From Rebecca billardiae RCC1528 (taxonomy: Eukaryota; Protista; Haptophyta), in contig OZ251231.1 in NCBI GenBank assembly GCA_965240325.2, positions 1,178,001-1,242,000 of the forward strand: a stretch of DNA of 64,000 nucleotides, given 5' to 3'. The notes beneath the pieces were generated by a model. The model was not told the DNA's origin. It did no database searches and saw nothing but the letters and a program-made list of their open reading frames with translations. Position 1 is the stretch's first letter; each line of letters opens with the position of its first letter. Of this stretch, positions 43,097 through 54,464 are shown in pieces. The translations under genes and the position numbers were made by a program.

Positions 43097-44476
43097 ATGC
43101 CGCCGTCCGTCGAGCCAGCCTTCCCAATGCCGCCGCCACCGGCGAAGCGCGCGCCTCTGGGCGCTCAACCCATAGCACTCGCCAACAGTGCGCCAATCGC
43201 GCCCGCGACCATTCCCACGCAGCCCAAGCCCACGCCAACGCCGCCCAAAGCCGCTGCGCGAGCCGAGGCCGTGCGCAGCCGCGGCAAGCCAAAGCCCACG
43301 CCGCCCAAAGCCGCCCCGCGAGCCGAGGCCGTGCGCAGCGGCGGCTTTGGACTCCTCCAATTTGCATCGTCGGTGATCTCCACGCTCGATGAGGTCGTGG
43401 AAAGCATCGAGAGCACGGCACCGCCGTACGAGGACTTTTTGCCGCCAAGCAAGCCGCACCACGCGCGGCAGCCGTTCGCGGTCCACTCGGCGTATGACGA
43501 GCTCGTGCTGCCCGCGCGCCCAAGGGGCGAGACGCGTAGCACGGTTGCGGCTGAGGAGGCTCGACGGGCCGCCTCGGCGCCGGCGTCGCCCGTGCGTGTG
43601 CGGCACGTGCGCAGCACGCATGCGACTGCGCCGTCAAGCCCCGCCGAGCCAGGCAGCGCCGGCCTCTGGGTCGAGCTCTCGACGGAGTTTTCCGAAGTGG
43701 CCTCTACCGTGGCCTCCTCCATCGGGATTGTTGACCGCTGGATCGACGGCACGCTCGACTCCCTCTTCGAGCGCGTGCTCGCGGCGCCGGGCGCAGGCGG
43801 CGCGGGCGCGGGCCGGGTGGCTGTCGACGAGCGCGCCGCGCCGTGGTGCTTCCGTGAGCCCACGCTGGGCGCGCTCGAGCCGGAGGCGCAGGCGCGCATG
43901 CTGCTACTCAGCCTGCACGGTGGGAGCACGCTGCTCTCGCCCGACTCGCTGCCGGCTGACGGCGGCGTGGCCGAGCGCCTCGAGGCGGGCAGCACGCTGA
44001 CGAGCGCGCAGCTCGATGCCATGCTCCCGCTTGCGCGCGCCGCCATCGCGGGAGACCCGCACCTCCTCTCCGCACGGCAGGCGCTCGTCCCGAGCCGATT
44101 GTCCGAGCGCGCCTTCTGGTGTGCATACGCGCGCCACTGCCTCGCCGCCAAGCGCGCGCTGGTGCTCGAGCGCGGGGAGGCCGCGCTGCAGCTCGCGAGC
44201 CGCATTGCAGACGAGCCATGGTCTCCAACCTCGCGGGTGGAGCCTTGCGGTGCGGCGCCCGACACGGAGAGCTGGTGGCACAGCTCGGCGGCGGGCGGAT
44301 CGACTGACGAAGAGACCAAGGGCAAGCAGAGCATGGGCCTTGGGTCCGGTGCTGAGGGTGCGCAAGCTGCTGCTGCGCGGCTGGTGCAGTCTGCGGGGCC
44401 GCCTGCGAGCGCGATGGCCGCGTGGGTGTACGAGCTCGAGCGTTGCCTCGCGGAGATCCCGAAGCCGAAGGCGTGA
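43097..44476 (+). CDS. BSD-domain protein with Pro-rich N-terminus (start uncertain)
   Basis: DPHLLSARQALVPSRLSERAFWCAY matches the BSD LVP..E..FW..Y signature. Confidence 0.75.
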   Translation: MPPSVEPAFPMPPPPAKRAPLGAQPIALANSAPIAPATIPTQPKPTPTPPKAAARAEAVRSRGKPKPTPPKAAPRAEAVRSGGFGLLQFASSVISTLDEVVESIESTAPPYEDFLPPSKPHHARQPFAVHSAYDELVLPARPRGETRSTVAAEEARRAASAPASPVRVRHVRSTHATAPSSPAEPGSAGLWVELSTEFSEVASTVASSIGIVDRWIDGTLDSLFERVLAAPGAGGAGAGRVAVDERAAPWCFREPTLGALEPEAQARMLLLSLHGGSTLLSPDSLPADGGVAERLEAGSTLTSAQLDAMLPLARAAIAGDPHLLSARQALVPSRLSERAFWCAYARHCLAAKRALVLERGEAALQLASRIADEPWSPTSRVEPCGAAPDTESWWHSSAAGGSTDEETKGKQSMGLGSGAEGAQAAAARLVQSAGPPASAMAAWVYELERCLAEIPKPKA

Positions 44477-45421
44477 GTACGCGACGCCGCCATGCGATCT
44501 CAGATCATCATCGGTCAAGTCGTCAGTAGTGGCGGACGATACAAAGTGCAATGCGTAGCCTGGGGCGCGCGGGCCGTATACCCGATACCGCGTCCGCTGA
44601 CAATCGTCGGTCTCGGACTATTACTCCATAGCCTAAAGTGAAAGTCTAAACGGTATATACGACTTGTCTCTAATAAGAGTCGTCGTATAACTTGGTATAG
44701 GCTGACTATCGACCGTCGGCGAAATCCGGCTGCCGCCGAATTCCCGAATAAAGTCGTTATTATTACGGCTAGTGATGAGTTTCAGTTTATCTGCTGCCGA
44801 AGCCCGCCAAAACGGGCGAAAGTATTCTTGATCTGATCGCACCGTATCAGGGCCGGATCATAAGCCCAGGGGCTACTAGTACTGCGTGCTGACACTTTAT
44901 TTTGATTCCCGGCCCGGTTTATTAATTAAGCCTACTTACTACTGTAGTTCACTAGTTGGGCGGCTAATGAGTAATGGTGCGAGGTGGTCACGGAGTGGCG
45001 AGCGCACTCGTACGGCGAACGCGTCAGACGCATAATAAATGGGGTCGAGTAGGCTCTGAGCCCCACCTGACCCGCCACGCGCCAGCCCCGTTCGTCCGCT
45101 CGTGAGCCTCGGCAGTCGCGCGAGGCCGAGGCGGCGGTGTGCACCGGATGGCGAGCCACTCGAAAGGACGACGAAACCCCATCGCTAAAAGCTGTAACGG
45201 CGACGACCGCACCCGCTGTAACGGCGACGACCGCTGGCTGGACCGCTGGCTGGACGACGAAACCCCATCGTCCCGCGCAGCGATTCCCGCACTCGCCCCT
45301 CGCCGTCATCACGCGCCCTCAGCGGCGCGCCGCTGCGCGGCGGCGTGCCCAACCCAGCCGGGCGGGGCACGCGCTCGCGCTTGCTCCCACCTCGCCCTCG
45401 AGACGAGCGCGGGCGGCGGGG

Positions 45422-45520
45422 CTCCTCCTCCTCCTCCTCCTCCTCCTCCTCCTCCTCCTCCTCTTGCGCGCCGGCGCCGGCGGGGCGGCTCCTCCTCCTC
45501 CTCCTCCTCATCCTCATCCT
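45422..45520. repeat. (CCT)n microsatellite tracts
   Basis: Direct observation. Confidence 0.9.
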
Positions 45521-46001
45521 CGCCGGCGCCGCGGCCGCCGGCAGCGGCGGCGCCGCTGGCGCCGCCGCCGGAGAGGGGCCGCAGAGGGGCGGGAGGGGCG
45601 GCAAGGAGCCGCGGCCTGGAATGACCTGCGCGAGCACGGGTGTCGCCGATGGCGACGGCTGTCGCCGGCTGTCGCCGATGGCGACGGCGCCGGTGCGAAG
45701 GGCAGCACGGACTGTCGCGGGCGCGTCGTCCATGCTGGCTTCAGCGCGGCTTCAGCCCGCTTCAGCGGGCTTCAGCCGTTGAACTCGGTTGAAGCCGCGC
45801 TGAAGCCGCACTGCGCGTCGCTTCAACATTGTGCTGTATTGTTGCCCCAAAGCGTATCTGGCTTCACCCTCTACTAGTAGTATAGAACGTATACAGTATG
45901 GTACACACTAATAAATCATCTATGGATAGTAGTACGTTTCTCATATCGAATAGAATGAGTATCATACATATCTCATAGAATGGAATTAGTATGACTGAGG
46001 A

Positions 46002-47390
46002 ATGTCGCTCGGTAGAATGAGTATGACGATGACGGTCCTAGCCCTCACGGCATGCGCCGTGAGGCGCGAGGCGTCCACAGCGAGCGTCGCCAGCCGCATC
46101 ATTCCCGTGATGCTCGCCTTTGCATCGCACCACAAGACGGGGACTGTGCTCATGCTCACGCACGAGCACCAGATCGGCGCGATGGGCCCGCGGCGCAACG
46201 TCTCGGTCTGGCAACACCCGGCCATCGGCTACGAGCCGTGGCCGGAATGGCGAGAGCTGCCCCCGCGCGCCGCTCGAGCGCGGCTCGTGACCATCCGCTC
46301 CGCCCATGCGCAGCCGCTGCCATCGCTCCCCACCCGAGCCAGCGCAGCCAACGCGCCTCGATACTGCGTCCTGCACACGATGCGCGACCCCGTCAGCGTC
46401 GCCGTCTCCGGCTTCCTGTATCACCTCCGCACGGGCCGCGCGAACATCGGGCGTCTACGGACGAAGGACAAGATCTTCCTCTCCGAGATAGCCATCCACT
46501 TTGTGGAGCCTGAGTGCGCCGCCGTGCCCGCCGCGCTGGGCCCGAACGGCACGCGCCTCCGTCGGACCCACTACGATCTCCTCAAGGCGGCGCCGTGCGA
46601 CGAGGCGGGCGTGCTGTGCGAGGTTGAGGCGAAGGCGATGAACACGACGTGGGAGATGCTGCGGCTGGCCAAGTCGCTCGAGTCGTACCCCCACGCACTG
46701 GCAGTGGACATGACCGAGCTCGAGCGCTCACCCGCCAGTGTGTACGCCCAGCTGAGCCGCACGTGTGCGCTCTCAGACGACGTTCGCGACCTGCTTGACG
46801 CAGTGGCACGGTCAGCAGCGATCCGGTCCCCCCCGCGGTCCAGAATTCACGTCAACAACGATCAGGCGCGAGCCCAGCGCCTCCGGGCATTTCTGCGGGC
46901 GGGCGACCTGTCCCCAGTCACGCGCCACCTGGACGCCCATGCGCAGCGCACCGTCGTGGCTCGCTACCACGAGTTCATGGCGCTGAGTGCTCGGCTGGGG
47001 TACGTGCAGCCTGCGCCCTCGGCGTCCACGGGGCTGGCGGCTGAGCCGCCACTCGAGGCCGTGCTGCAGCGCGACGGTGTGGTGCCGAGTTGGGAGGCCC
47101 AGGATGAGTTCGAGCTCTGCCGCAAGAAGATGCGCGGGCTGTTCAGCGCAGCCATTGCGGCACAGCGCGCACAGGGGCTCCGCGTTGACCCCACCAGCTA
47201 CAACTGCGAGCACCAAATCTGGCCCACCGCGCGCGCGGGGTACACGCGACACGAGCAACAAATGGATGCTCGGGCGCGTGCAGAAGCCATCGTAAGCTAC
47301 CTGCGAGGCGTCTACCGGATACCTGCTCCTCAGCATGACACGGCGACAATGGCAACTTCGAACAACATCACTGTGACGGCGACGACATAG
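46002..47390 (+). CDS. Sulfotransferase-like protein with N-terminal signal/anchor
   Basis: HHKTGT (5'-PSB loop) and MRDPVSVAVSGFLYH (3'-PB motif). Confidence 0.75.
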   Translation: MSLGRMSMTMTVLALTACAVRREASTASVASRIIPVMLAFASHHKTGTVLMLTHEHQIGAMGPRRNVSVWQHPAIGYEPWPEWRELPPRAARARLVTIRSAHAQPLPSLPTRASAANAPRYCVLHTMRDPVSVAVSGFLYHLRTGRANIGRLRTKDKIFLSEIAIHFVEPECAAVPAALGPNGTRLRRTHYDLLKAAPCDEAGVLCEVEAKAMNTTWEMLRLAKSLESYPHALAVDMTELERSPASVYAQLSRTCALSDDVRDLLDAVARSAAIRSPPRSRIHVNNDQARAQRLRAFLRAGDLSPVTRHLDAHAQRTVVARYHEFMALSARLGYVQPAPSASTGLAAEPPLEAVLQRDGVVPSWEAQDEFELCRKKMRGLFSAAIAAQRAQGLRVDPTSYNCEHQIWPTARAGYTRHEQQMDARARAEAIVSYLRGVYRIPAPQHDTATMATSNNITVTATT

Positions 47391-48445
47391 TCCCCCTCGG
47401 GGCACGATGGCTGCCGGCAGTTGAGGCAAAAGCGTTGCCGCAAGGCTTTTGGTTCGTGATGACGACCCACTGCGTGCCAGTGCGGCACGACGCACAAGGG
47501 CCGAGGTATGGGAGGCATGAAAGGGCGGGCACGGCAGGGCGCGGGGCTTTGATGGTCGTAGATGACTCTTCTTCAGGCCTTGGCATCGCTGGGCGACTCG
47601 TATCCACCTCTCTCCAGCTCCTGTTGTCCCTGCTTCCGCATGGCCTGTGATCGACGTGCACGCCGACCGTGCACGGGGCAAAGACAAGTGCATAACGCCG
47701 GGGGAGGCCGGAGTTGTCGGTGGTGGATGTTTGCGCATCGTTCATGGAATGCCGTCAGCGCTCGAAGCTCGCATGTAGTTTCGCTCGCCGCTCCAGGGCC
47801 AGCGTCTCCGCTCCTGTGGTAGTATACCAGGCATTACGGTGATTGCTTTTTGAATTGGGATTTTTCTGCAGCTTCTGTCATGTATGGCTCTGGAGCTCTT
47901 CCTGGGGGTGTCTGCAAGGATCGGATGGGCTCGAGAGCTCGCGCACGCGCTGGCAGCCTCCCTCCGAAGGCTACGTGCACTGCTCGCGTTCACTCATCCA
48001 GGAGCGCAGGGTAAGAATCCGAGCAGGGCGCCCGCGCGGGCGGGCGTACGATCAAAGATCACAGCAGCGGTCGCTTGCACAAGCCAAGCGACAATGGAGG
48101 TAGATTACAGGCGCCAATGTGCGTAGATACCTCAAGCACGTACATGTCACACAACCCGCAACGCCACACGCGCCGTCGCGCCCGTGGTGTCCGCGTGGGC
48201 GCTCCCTCGGTGTGCGAGAGATGGCCCACGCTGGGAGCGATGGGCAGCCATCTCGCGAGCCGCGGCAACGCTTTTGAGCCGGACTGGCGCCCCGAGGGGG
48301 ACTATTGTGATGAGAGTGCGGGGCCAGACGTTCGTCACCGTCACTGTAACGTCGTCACGCGACTCACGCGTCACTGCTCGGTTACGAATACGAGTCGCCC
48401 GTGGCGGAGTTGGTCGTGACAACATTGCGTCGTCATCATCATATA

Positions 48446-49227
48446 CAGGGTCTCCAACATTAAACTGGACACTTTGGGCAGCAGCTCAGCGTACGGCCTG
48501 TGGCTGCCTCGCGCGGGGTCAGGAGCGGCCAGCTCGGCTCGTGTGCACCCCACTAGGTCTGTCTGCGACCGCGCATAGCCGGGCAGCCCGCGTGGAGCAC
48601 CCCTCTGGGTCATGCGGACAGTCGGCACAAGGCTGGTCGTGAGGGCCGTGAAGCAGCCGTGTGGCTTCTGCGCATGTCTGTAGCCAGCAAGCCCGCTCAA
48701 GGCCGCGCAGATATTATTACGTGGCATGGTCGATGACTATGCGGCATGCGCTCGACAGCCCTGGGCAAGCCCGGACGTAGCGCTACACCAGGAGTATATA
48801 CGGCTCGATCGGACCAGCCTACCAGTTGCGCACCTCGCTTGCACAGCTGCTGCACAGCCCATCGATCGGCTCTGGCCGTGCAGGCAAGGGCTACAGTCGG
48901 CGCCACTACCCGCAGCGAACGCTGGAGACCCACCAGTGCGCGCACCAACCCGCCCGCCGCCAAATGCAACCGTGCGCCAGATACGAATTTTAGCAGGCAT
49001 GCCACCCGCGGGGGCTCCGTGGACCTGTTCAGAGCCAACCGCTAGTCGGTTGAGCTGTACATCCAAGCCAGCCCTGGCCACACGCTGAGCGCGCCGCTCG
49101 CTGCACCCACACCCTGTCGTCATCCGAGGAGTAAGGTCCATGGCGCTCATGCGAGCCTCTGGCCCATCTCATCGTTAGCAGCCGTAGTCAGCAAAAATCA
49201 GTGTCCGAACAATTGTTGGGGACCCTG
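48446..49227. mobile_element. 782-bp TIR element, copy 1 (Tc1/mariner-like termini)
   Basis: CAGGGTCTCCAACA...TGTTGGGGACCCTG imperfect TIR; TA on the left; apparently identical to 50036-50817. Confidence 0.85.
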
Positions 49228-50035
49228 TGTGCACACTCGCCTGCCGCATGTTGAGTGACTGTCAGCCAGGGAGCTGAAGACGACGGCTTCTCAGAGGCCG
49301 CGCGAGCTCGACGGCGGCGCGCGCGGGCACGGTGGGCTGGCGCGGCCCCGGCGCGCGCCCATCCGGCCGCACGCCGCCGCGCCAGCCGCTCCTGCACGCG
49401 GGCTGACCGAGGCGCCAGCCTCACCCAACCGCCGCTGCTTGCCGTGGAGCTGGTCGGGAGATGATGGGGTGGGTCGGCTGCTCCCAGAAGCTCCCCACGC
49501 GCGCCGCGCGCGCTGCATACGGGTGCGGCGGGTCGGCGCGGCCCCGCCGCGCGCCCATCCGGCCGCGCGCCGCCGCGCCAGCCGCTCCTGCACGCGGGCA
49601 TGGCTGCCGAAGATCCGCACGGAATCGGCCGGGCATCAGACAGCAGTACCCGAATAACGGTTCGAATCGCTCAGTAACGTCGAAAGCAATGCCTGCCGGC
49701 CGCGGCGCGCCGGCGCGCAGGTCAGCACGGCGGGCACGCGCTGGTACGGACCACTGTGGTGCTCCTGCGAGCAGCTGCTGACGCGTTGGCGCGATGAGAC
49801 CAGCGTCCTCGCAAACACGTGACCAGGTGGCCCAGTGCCACTGCCCTGCCTCCACACGCTAGTCGAGGGAGTGACGCGTGCCGAATGTGTCTCGCCGGAT
49901 GACCACCAAGGCTGCTGTCAATAAATATGAGGTGGGTCTCGTCGACAACCCGAACTGCTGGGTGTCTATTTGAAATATACTCCGCAGATTCTGCCAGTGG
50001 CAGCTACGGAGCTACGCTCGTCGCCGAGATACCTT

Positions 50036-50817
50036 CAGGGTCTCCAACATTAAACTGGACACTTTGGGCAGCAGCTCAGCGTACGGCCTGTGGCTGCCTC
50101 GCGCGGGGTCAGGAGCGGCCAGCTCGGCTCGTGTGCACCCCACTAGGTCTGTCTGCGACCGCGCATAGCCGGGCAGCCCGCGTGGAGCACCCCTCTGGGT
50201 CATGCGGACAGTCGGCACAAGGCTGGTCGTGAGGGCCGTGAAGCAGCCGTGTGGCTTCTGCGCATGTCTGTAGCCAGCAAGCCCGCTCAAGGCCGCGCAG
50301 ATATTATTACGTGGCATGGTCGATGACTATGCGGCATGCGCTCGACAGCCCTGGGCAAGCCCGGACGTAGCGCTACACCAGGAGTATATACGGCTCGATC
50401 GGACCAGCCTACCAGTTGCGCACCTCGCTTGCACAGCTGCTGCACAGCCCATCGATCGGCTCTGGCCGTGCAGGCAAGGGCTACAGTCGGCGCCACTACC
50501 CGCAGCGAACGCTGGAGACCCACCAGTGCGCGCACCAACCCGCCCGCCGCCAAATGCAACCGTGCGCCAGATACGAATTTTAGCAGGCATGCCACCCGCG
50601 GGGGCTCCGTGGACCTGTTCAGAGCCAACCGCTAGTCGGTTGAGCTGTACATCCAAGCCAGCCCTGGCCACACGCTGAGCGCGCCGCTCGCTGCACCCAC
50701 ACCCTGTCGTCATCCGAGGAGTAAGGTCCATGGCGCTCATGCGAGCCTCTGGCCCATCTCATCGTTAGCAGCCGTAGTCAGCAAAAATCAGTGTCCGAAC
50801 AATTGTTGGGGACCCTG
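50036..50817. mobile_element. 782-bp TIR element, copy 2
   Basis: Direct repeat at offset 1590 (identical ORF translations); TA on the right. Confidence 0.85.
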
Positions 50818-50846
50818 TATATGATGACGATGATGATGTGATACGC

Positions 50847-50849
<3 letters not shown>

Positions 50850-50933
<84 letters not shown>

Positions 50934-50937
50934 ACAT

Positions 50938-50968
<31 letters not shown>
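50850..50968. repeat. (TA)n/(TG)n compound microsatellite
   Basis: Direct observation. Confidence 0.95.
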
Positions 50969-51155
50969 GTCGTCGTGATTACTCGTGACTCGTCTACTAG
51001 TCACTGAGTCGTCAGACTCAGAGTCAGACGTCAGATCGACATCAGATGTCAGTGCAGTTATAGGGGGTCCATCTGATTAAATCGAGTTTATTTGATTTCT
51101 TTTCTTTTCCTGTTCAGAACTTGTTCGGCGTGTTTTCGCGATCGGCAGATTCCAA

Positions 51156-52728
51156 GGTTGTATAACCGCTCGGTTATGCGGGTATAACTCACCGGTAGCC
51201 CTCATGAGGGCGGGCTGGCAGCCAGGGTCCGGCTGCCTGGAGGTTTTCCGGTCGTCAAGCCGAGCCAGGCCCGGATTGGGCGCGGGTCTGGATTTGCTCA
51301 GCAGCTGCTCGGCAAGCGATGCGCGTCTGGGTGCGGCCGCGCTCGCTGGCTGCACCCGCGGCGCTGCGGCCGGCGTGGCTGCTCTGGTCACCGCTGCGCT
51401 GGTGGCTGCTCCTCCTCTGGGAGTTGTTTCTTCCAGGTGCGTGTGCGTCGGCGGTAGGCCGCCCTCAGCCCTCGCTCTCTCCACTCGTGCACCTGCCCTG
51501 CTTGCTCTCTGCTTTCGATGGGGGCGCCTCGGAGCCGCTTCGAGGCGTCCCCGTCTGCAATCTTCTCATGCTCTATCTGCTTTCGATGGGGGCGCCTCGG
51601 AACCGCTTCGAGGCGTCCCCGTCTGCAATCTATCTTCTCATGCTCTGCTTTCGATGGGGGTGCCTCGGAACCGCTTCGAGGCGTCCCCGTCTGCAATCTT
51701 CTCATGCTCTGCTTTCGATGGGGGCGCCTCGGAACCGCTTCGAGGCGTCCCCGTCTGCAATCTTCTCATGCTCTGCTTTCGATGGGGGCGCCTGGGAACC
51801 GCTCCCAGGCGTCCCCGTCTGCAATCTTCTCACGCTTCGCAGTCTCGCTTGCCTTCATCGCCTGGCGGGTGGGTGCTGCTCTCTCCTTCTCTGCCGCCTC
51901 CTCTGCAGTCTGCCGTGCACTGCTGTGTGTGGGATGCGACCTGCTACCTTATCTGACGCTACGCGTGCGTGTCTCGCGCCTGCTCCCCGCCTGCGCCGCC
52001 GCCGCCGCGCATGTCTTCGAGTGCCCACTGTCGCATGCCGTCTGGATCGTCCTTACTCATACAACCCTGCGGGGAGCCCCTCTGGGCCTCTGCCGCCTTC
52101 GGTCCTCGCGCTACCCCTTCGGCGGCCTCGGCCTCTTCGGGCCCCCGGCCACCACCCCTGCGGGGTGTGGCATTCCACACCTCCTTCTGGGTGGAGGCCC
52201 TCGAGGCCTCTGCCTCCTGGGGCGCCGCGCTCTGCCCAAACTTGCGTTGGGGGGGGGGGGCGTCGGCTGCCAGCGCCTGCGGTCTACGTGCTCCATCGAG
52301 TACTTCCTCTTCGGCGTCTAGGCGGTCATCGGCTTCTGTCGGCGTAGTTGCTCGAATGCATCGGCGAGTCCTTCCTGGTCGGCGTCGCATCCTGGACGGC
52401 TTCGGGGGTGTGACCTAGTCACCTCACGCGTTTATCAACGCGGCCCCCACCTCAATCTACTCTCATGTGGGTCTACCGAGTGAGTTATGGTTGTATAACC
52501 GCTCGGTTATGCGGGTATAACTCACCGGTAGCCCTCATGAGGGCGGGCTGGCAGCCAGGGTCCGGCTGCCTGGAGGTTTTCCGGTCGTCAAGCCGAGCCA
52601 GGCCCGGATTGGGCGCGGGTCTGGATTTGCTCAGCAGCTGCTCGGCAAGCGATGCGCGTCTGGGTGCGGCCGCGCTCGCTGGCTGCACCCGCGGCGCTGC
52701 GGCCGGCGTGGCTGCTCTGGTCACCGCT
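51156..52728 (+). repeat. ~240-bp direct repeats (51156-51395 and 52489-52728) enclosing ~1.1 kb that includes the hairpin array
   Basis: ggttgtataaccgctcgg...ctctggtcaccgct occurs twice. Confidence 0.88.
51506..51832 (+). repeat. Tandem array of five 64-68-bp units, each containing a 17-bp stem-loop
   Basis: Hairpins start at 51517, 51585, 51653, 51717 and 51781. Confidence 0.92.
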
Positions 52729-53497
52729 ATCCGCGCTCGGCTCGGCCCGGCGCGGGAGCGGAGCTCTGAACGGGGTCGGCAAGGCTGATGGCCCTCGTCG
52801 ACGGCCGTCCGCTCGCCATTGGGCGCGCCCACATCGGCGCAGGCGCCTCGCCGAGCGACTCGGTGGACACGGACACGTAGCCACGGTTCGTGTGGACCGG
52901 GCTCTCGCTGGGAGTCGCTGGCCAAACGACGCTCGTGCTTCATCATTTGAATCTGCGTGCTCGACGTGTGCTGCTCGCGACCAAGGAGCGCGTCCTAGGA
53001 GCACGTGTAGGAGAGCAATACGGAGACGAACATGCGCAATATGGTGGGATTGGCATCGACAACGACTGGACACTGTCTCCTTCCCCACCCGTCGCTGCCA
53101 TCTCGCCCTCGGACGTGCCCGCGACGCCTCTGCCGCAAGGGCCAGCTGCCGCCGACCAACTTGCGGACCGCTGTGCCGGTCATGACGAGGTCCAGGGCGC
53201 GGCAGATGATGATGCACGCGTGCCCATGGGTGTGTGCGACCCGCCCGAGGTCCCTGCCGGCACCGCCGAGGGGCTCGCCTCCTCCGCGGACGGCCTCGAC
53301 TGTGAGCAACCGTGCAGGCCCGAGCTACGGCCTGACGTCAACGTCAGCGCGCAGCAGCTCGAGGAGACGGCGGTGGCGGCGCGCGCCATCCACGTGCTAC
53401 AGCCCTCGACCAGCTGGCGCGTGGCCGGCACTCGCCCGCGGTACGCATCGGTGCTCGACTTCATGCTCCTCGACCTCCTCCGCACGCTCGTGGTCTC

Positions 53498-54253
53498 GTG
53501 GAGCTCATGCTTGAGAACTCGAAGAAGCACAAGCCGTTGGTCAGAGTGTTCACCCCTGCGTGCGCCCAGACCGCGCGCGACGGTCGGACGAAGAAGCCCA
53601 AGGCGCTCACGCTCGTCTGCGTGGATGCGCTCGGCATCTCGTTGCGCCACGACTCGCCGCGGCTCGAGGTGATCGGCATCTGGCTGATGACCGTGCACAG
53701 GTGGTGGAAGGGCAAGCACGAGGACATGGAGCGCATCCTGAGCCGGAAGCAGGGCGCGTCGGCGGCGGAGAGGAAGGCGGAGCTGGATGTCGACGACACG
53801 TCGCTGGGCGCCGGCGACGACAGCTGCCCCTTCCGCGACCTCTACTCGCCCCCCGACGCCAGCGCGCCGCGCGCGTCCGCAGCAGGCCGCGTGCAGGTGC
53901 AGCTGCACGAGCAGCGCGTGACTCCTGCTGAGCACGCGATCATCTTGGAGCAGCAGGTGCGCCTGACGGAGCAACAGGTGGAGCTGAACTCGTCGCGCAA
54001 GGCGATCGCGCGCGCCGTCGCCGACGCTGCGCGCGCCAGCTTGCGCGCCAACGCAACCGAGCGGGGGCACAGATCGAGCTGCGGCCGAGCGGGCTGCCAT
54101 GGCTGCCGACTGCGCCGAGTTCGAGCGCGAGAGGAGAGCGGCGGAGCTCGAGGGCGAGCGCGCGGCGAAGCGCGCGCAGTCCGCCGCAGTACTGGTGGAC
54201 CGGTGACGCCCTCGCGTGGGCTAGGGTACGACGAACGGCGACGACGCCGGTGA
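53498..54253 (+). other. Possible degenerate coding fragment (coiled-coil; perhaps TE-derived)
   Basis: Protein-like stretch LENSKKHKP...EQQVRLTEQQVEL flanked by apparent frameshifts; no recognisable domain. Confidence 0.3.
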
Positions 54254-54464
54254 CACAGAGCACGGGCACGGAAGTCGCCGAACGCCGCCAGTTAGGTCCA
54301 CCGTGCGAGTCGGTCACCGGGGCGCGAGCAGCCAGCAGGCCCAGTCGTCGGGCGTGATAGCAGGCGGCGGTGCTTCAGATATTGTCGTCAGACGACGACA
54401 TACGTGCCATCACTCATCACTGCTCATCATCAGCAGACGAAGCATTTGTCAGCACAGATTACGA

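Noticed and set aside
45137-45877. ORFs with poly-Leu/Pro/Glu/Ser runs
   Set aside because: Products of (CCT)n repeats in several frames; no frame is convincingly coding
51506-51832. CRISPR array interpretation of the palindromic repeats
   Set aside because: Linkers are near-identical rather than unique spacers, there are no cas genes, and the context is eukaryotic
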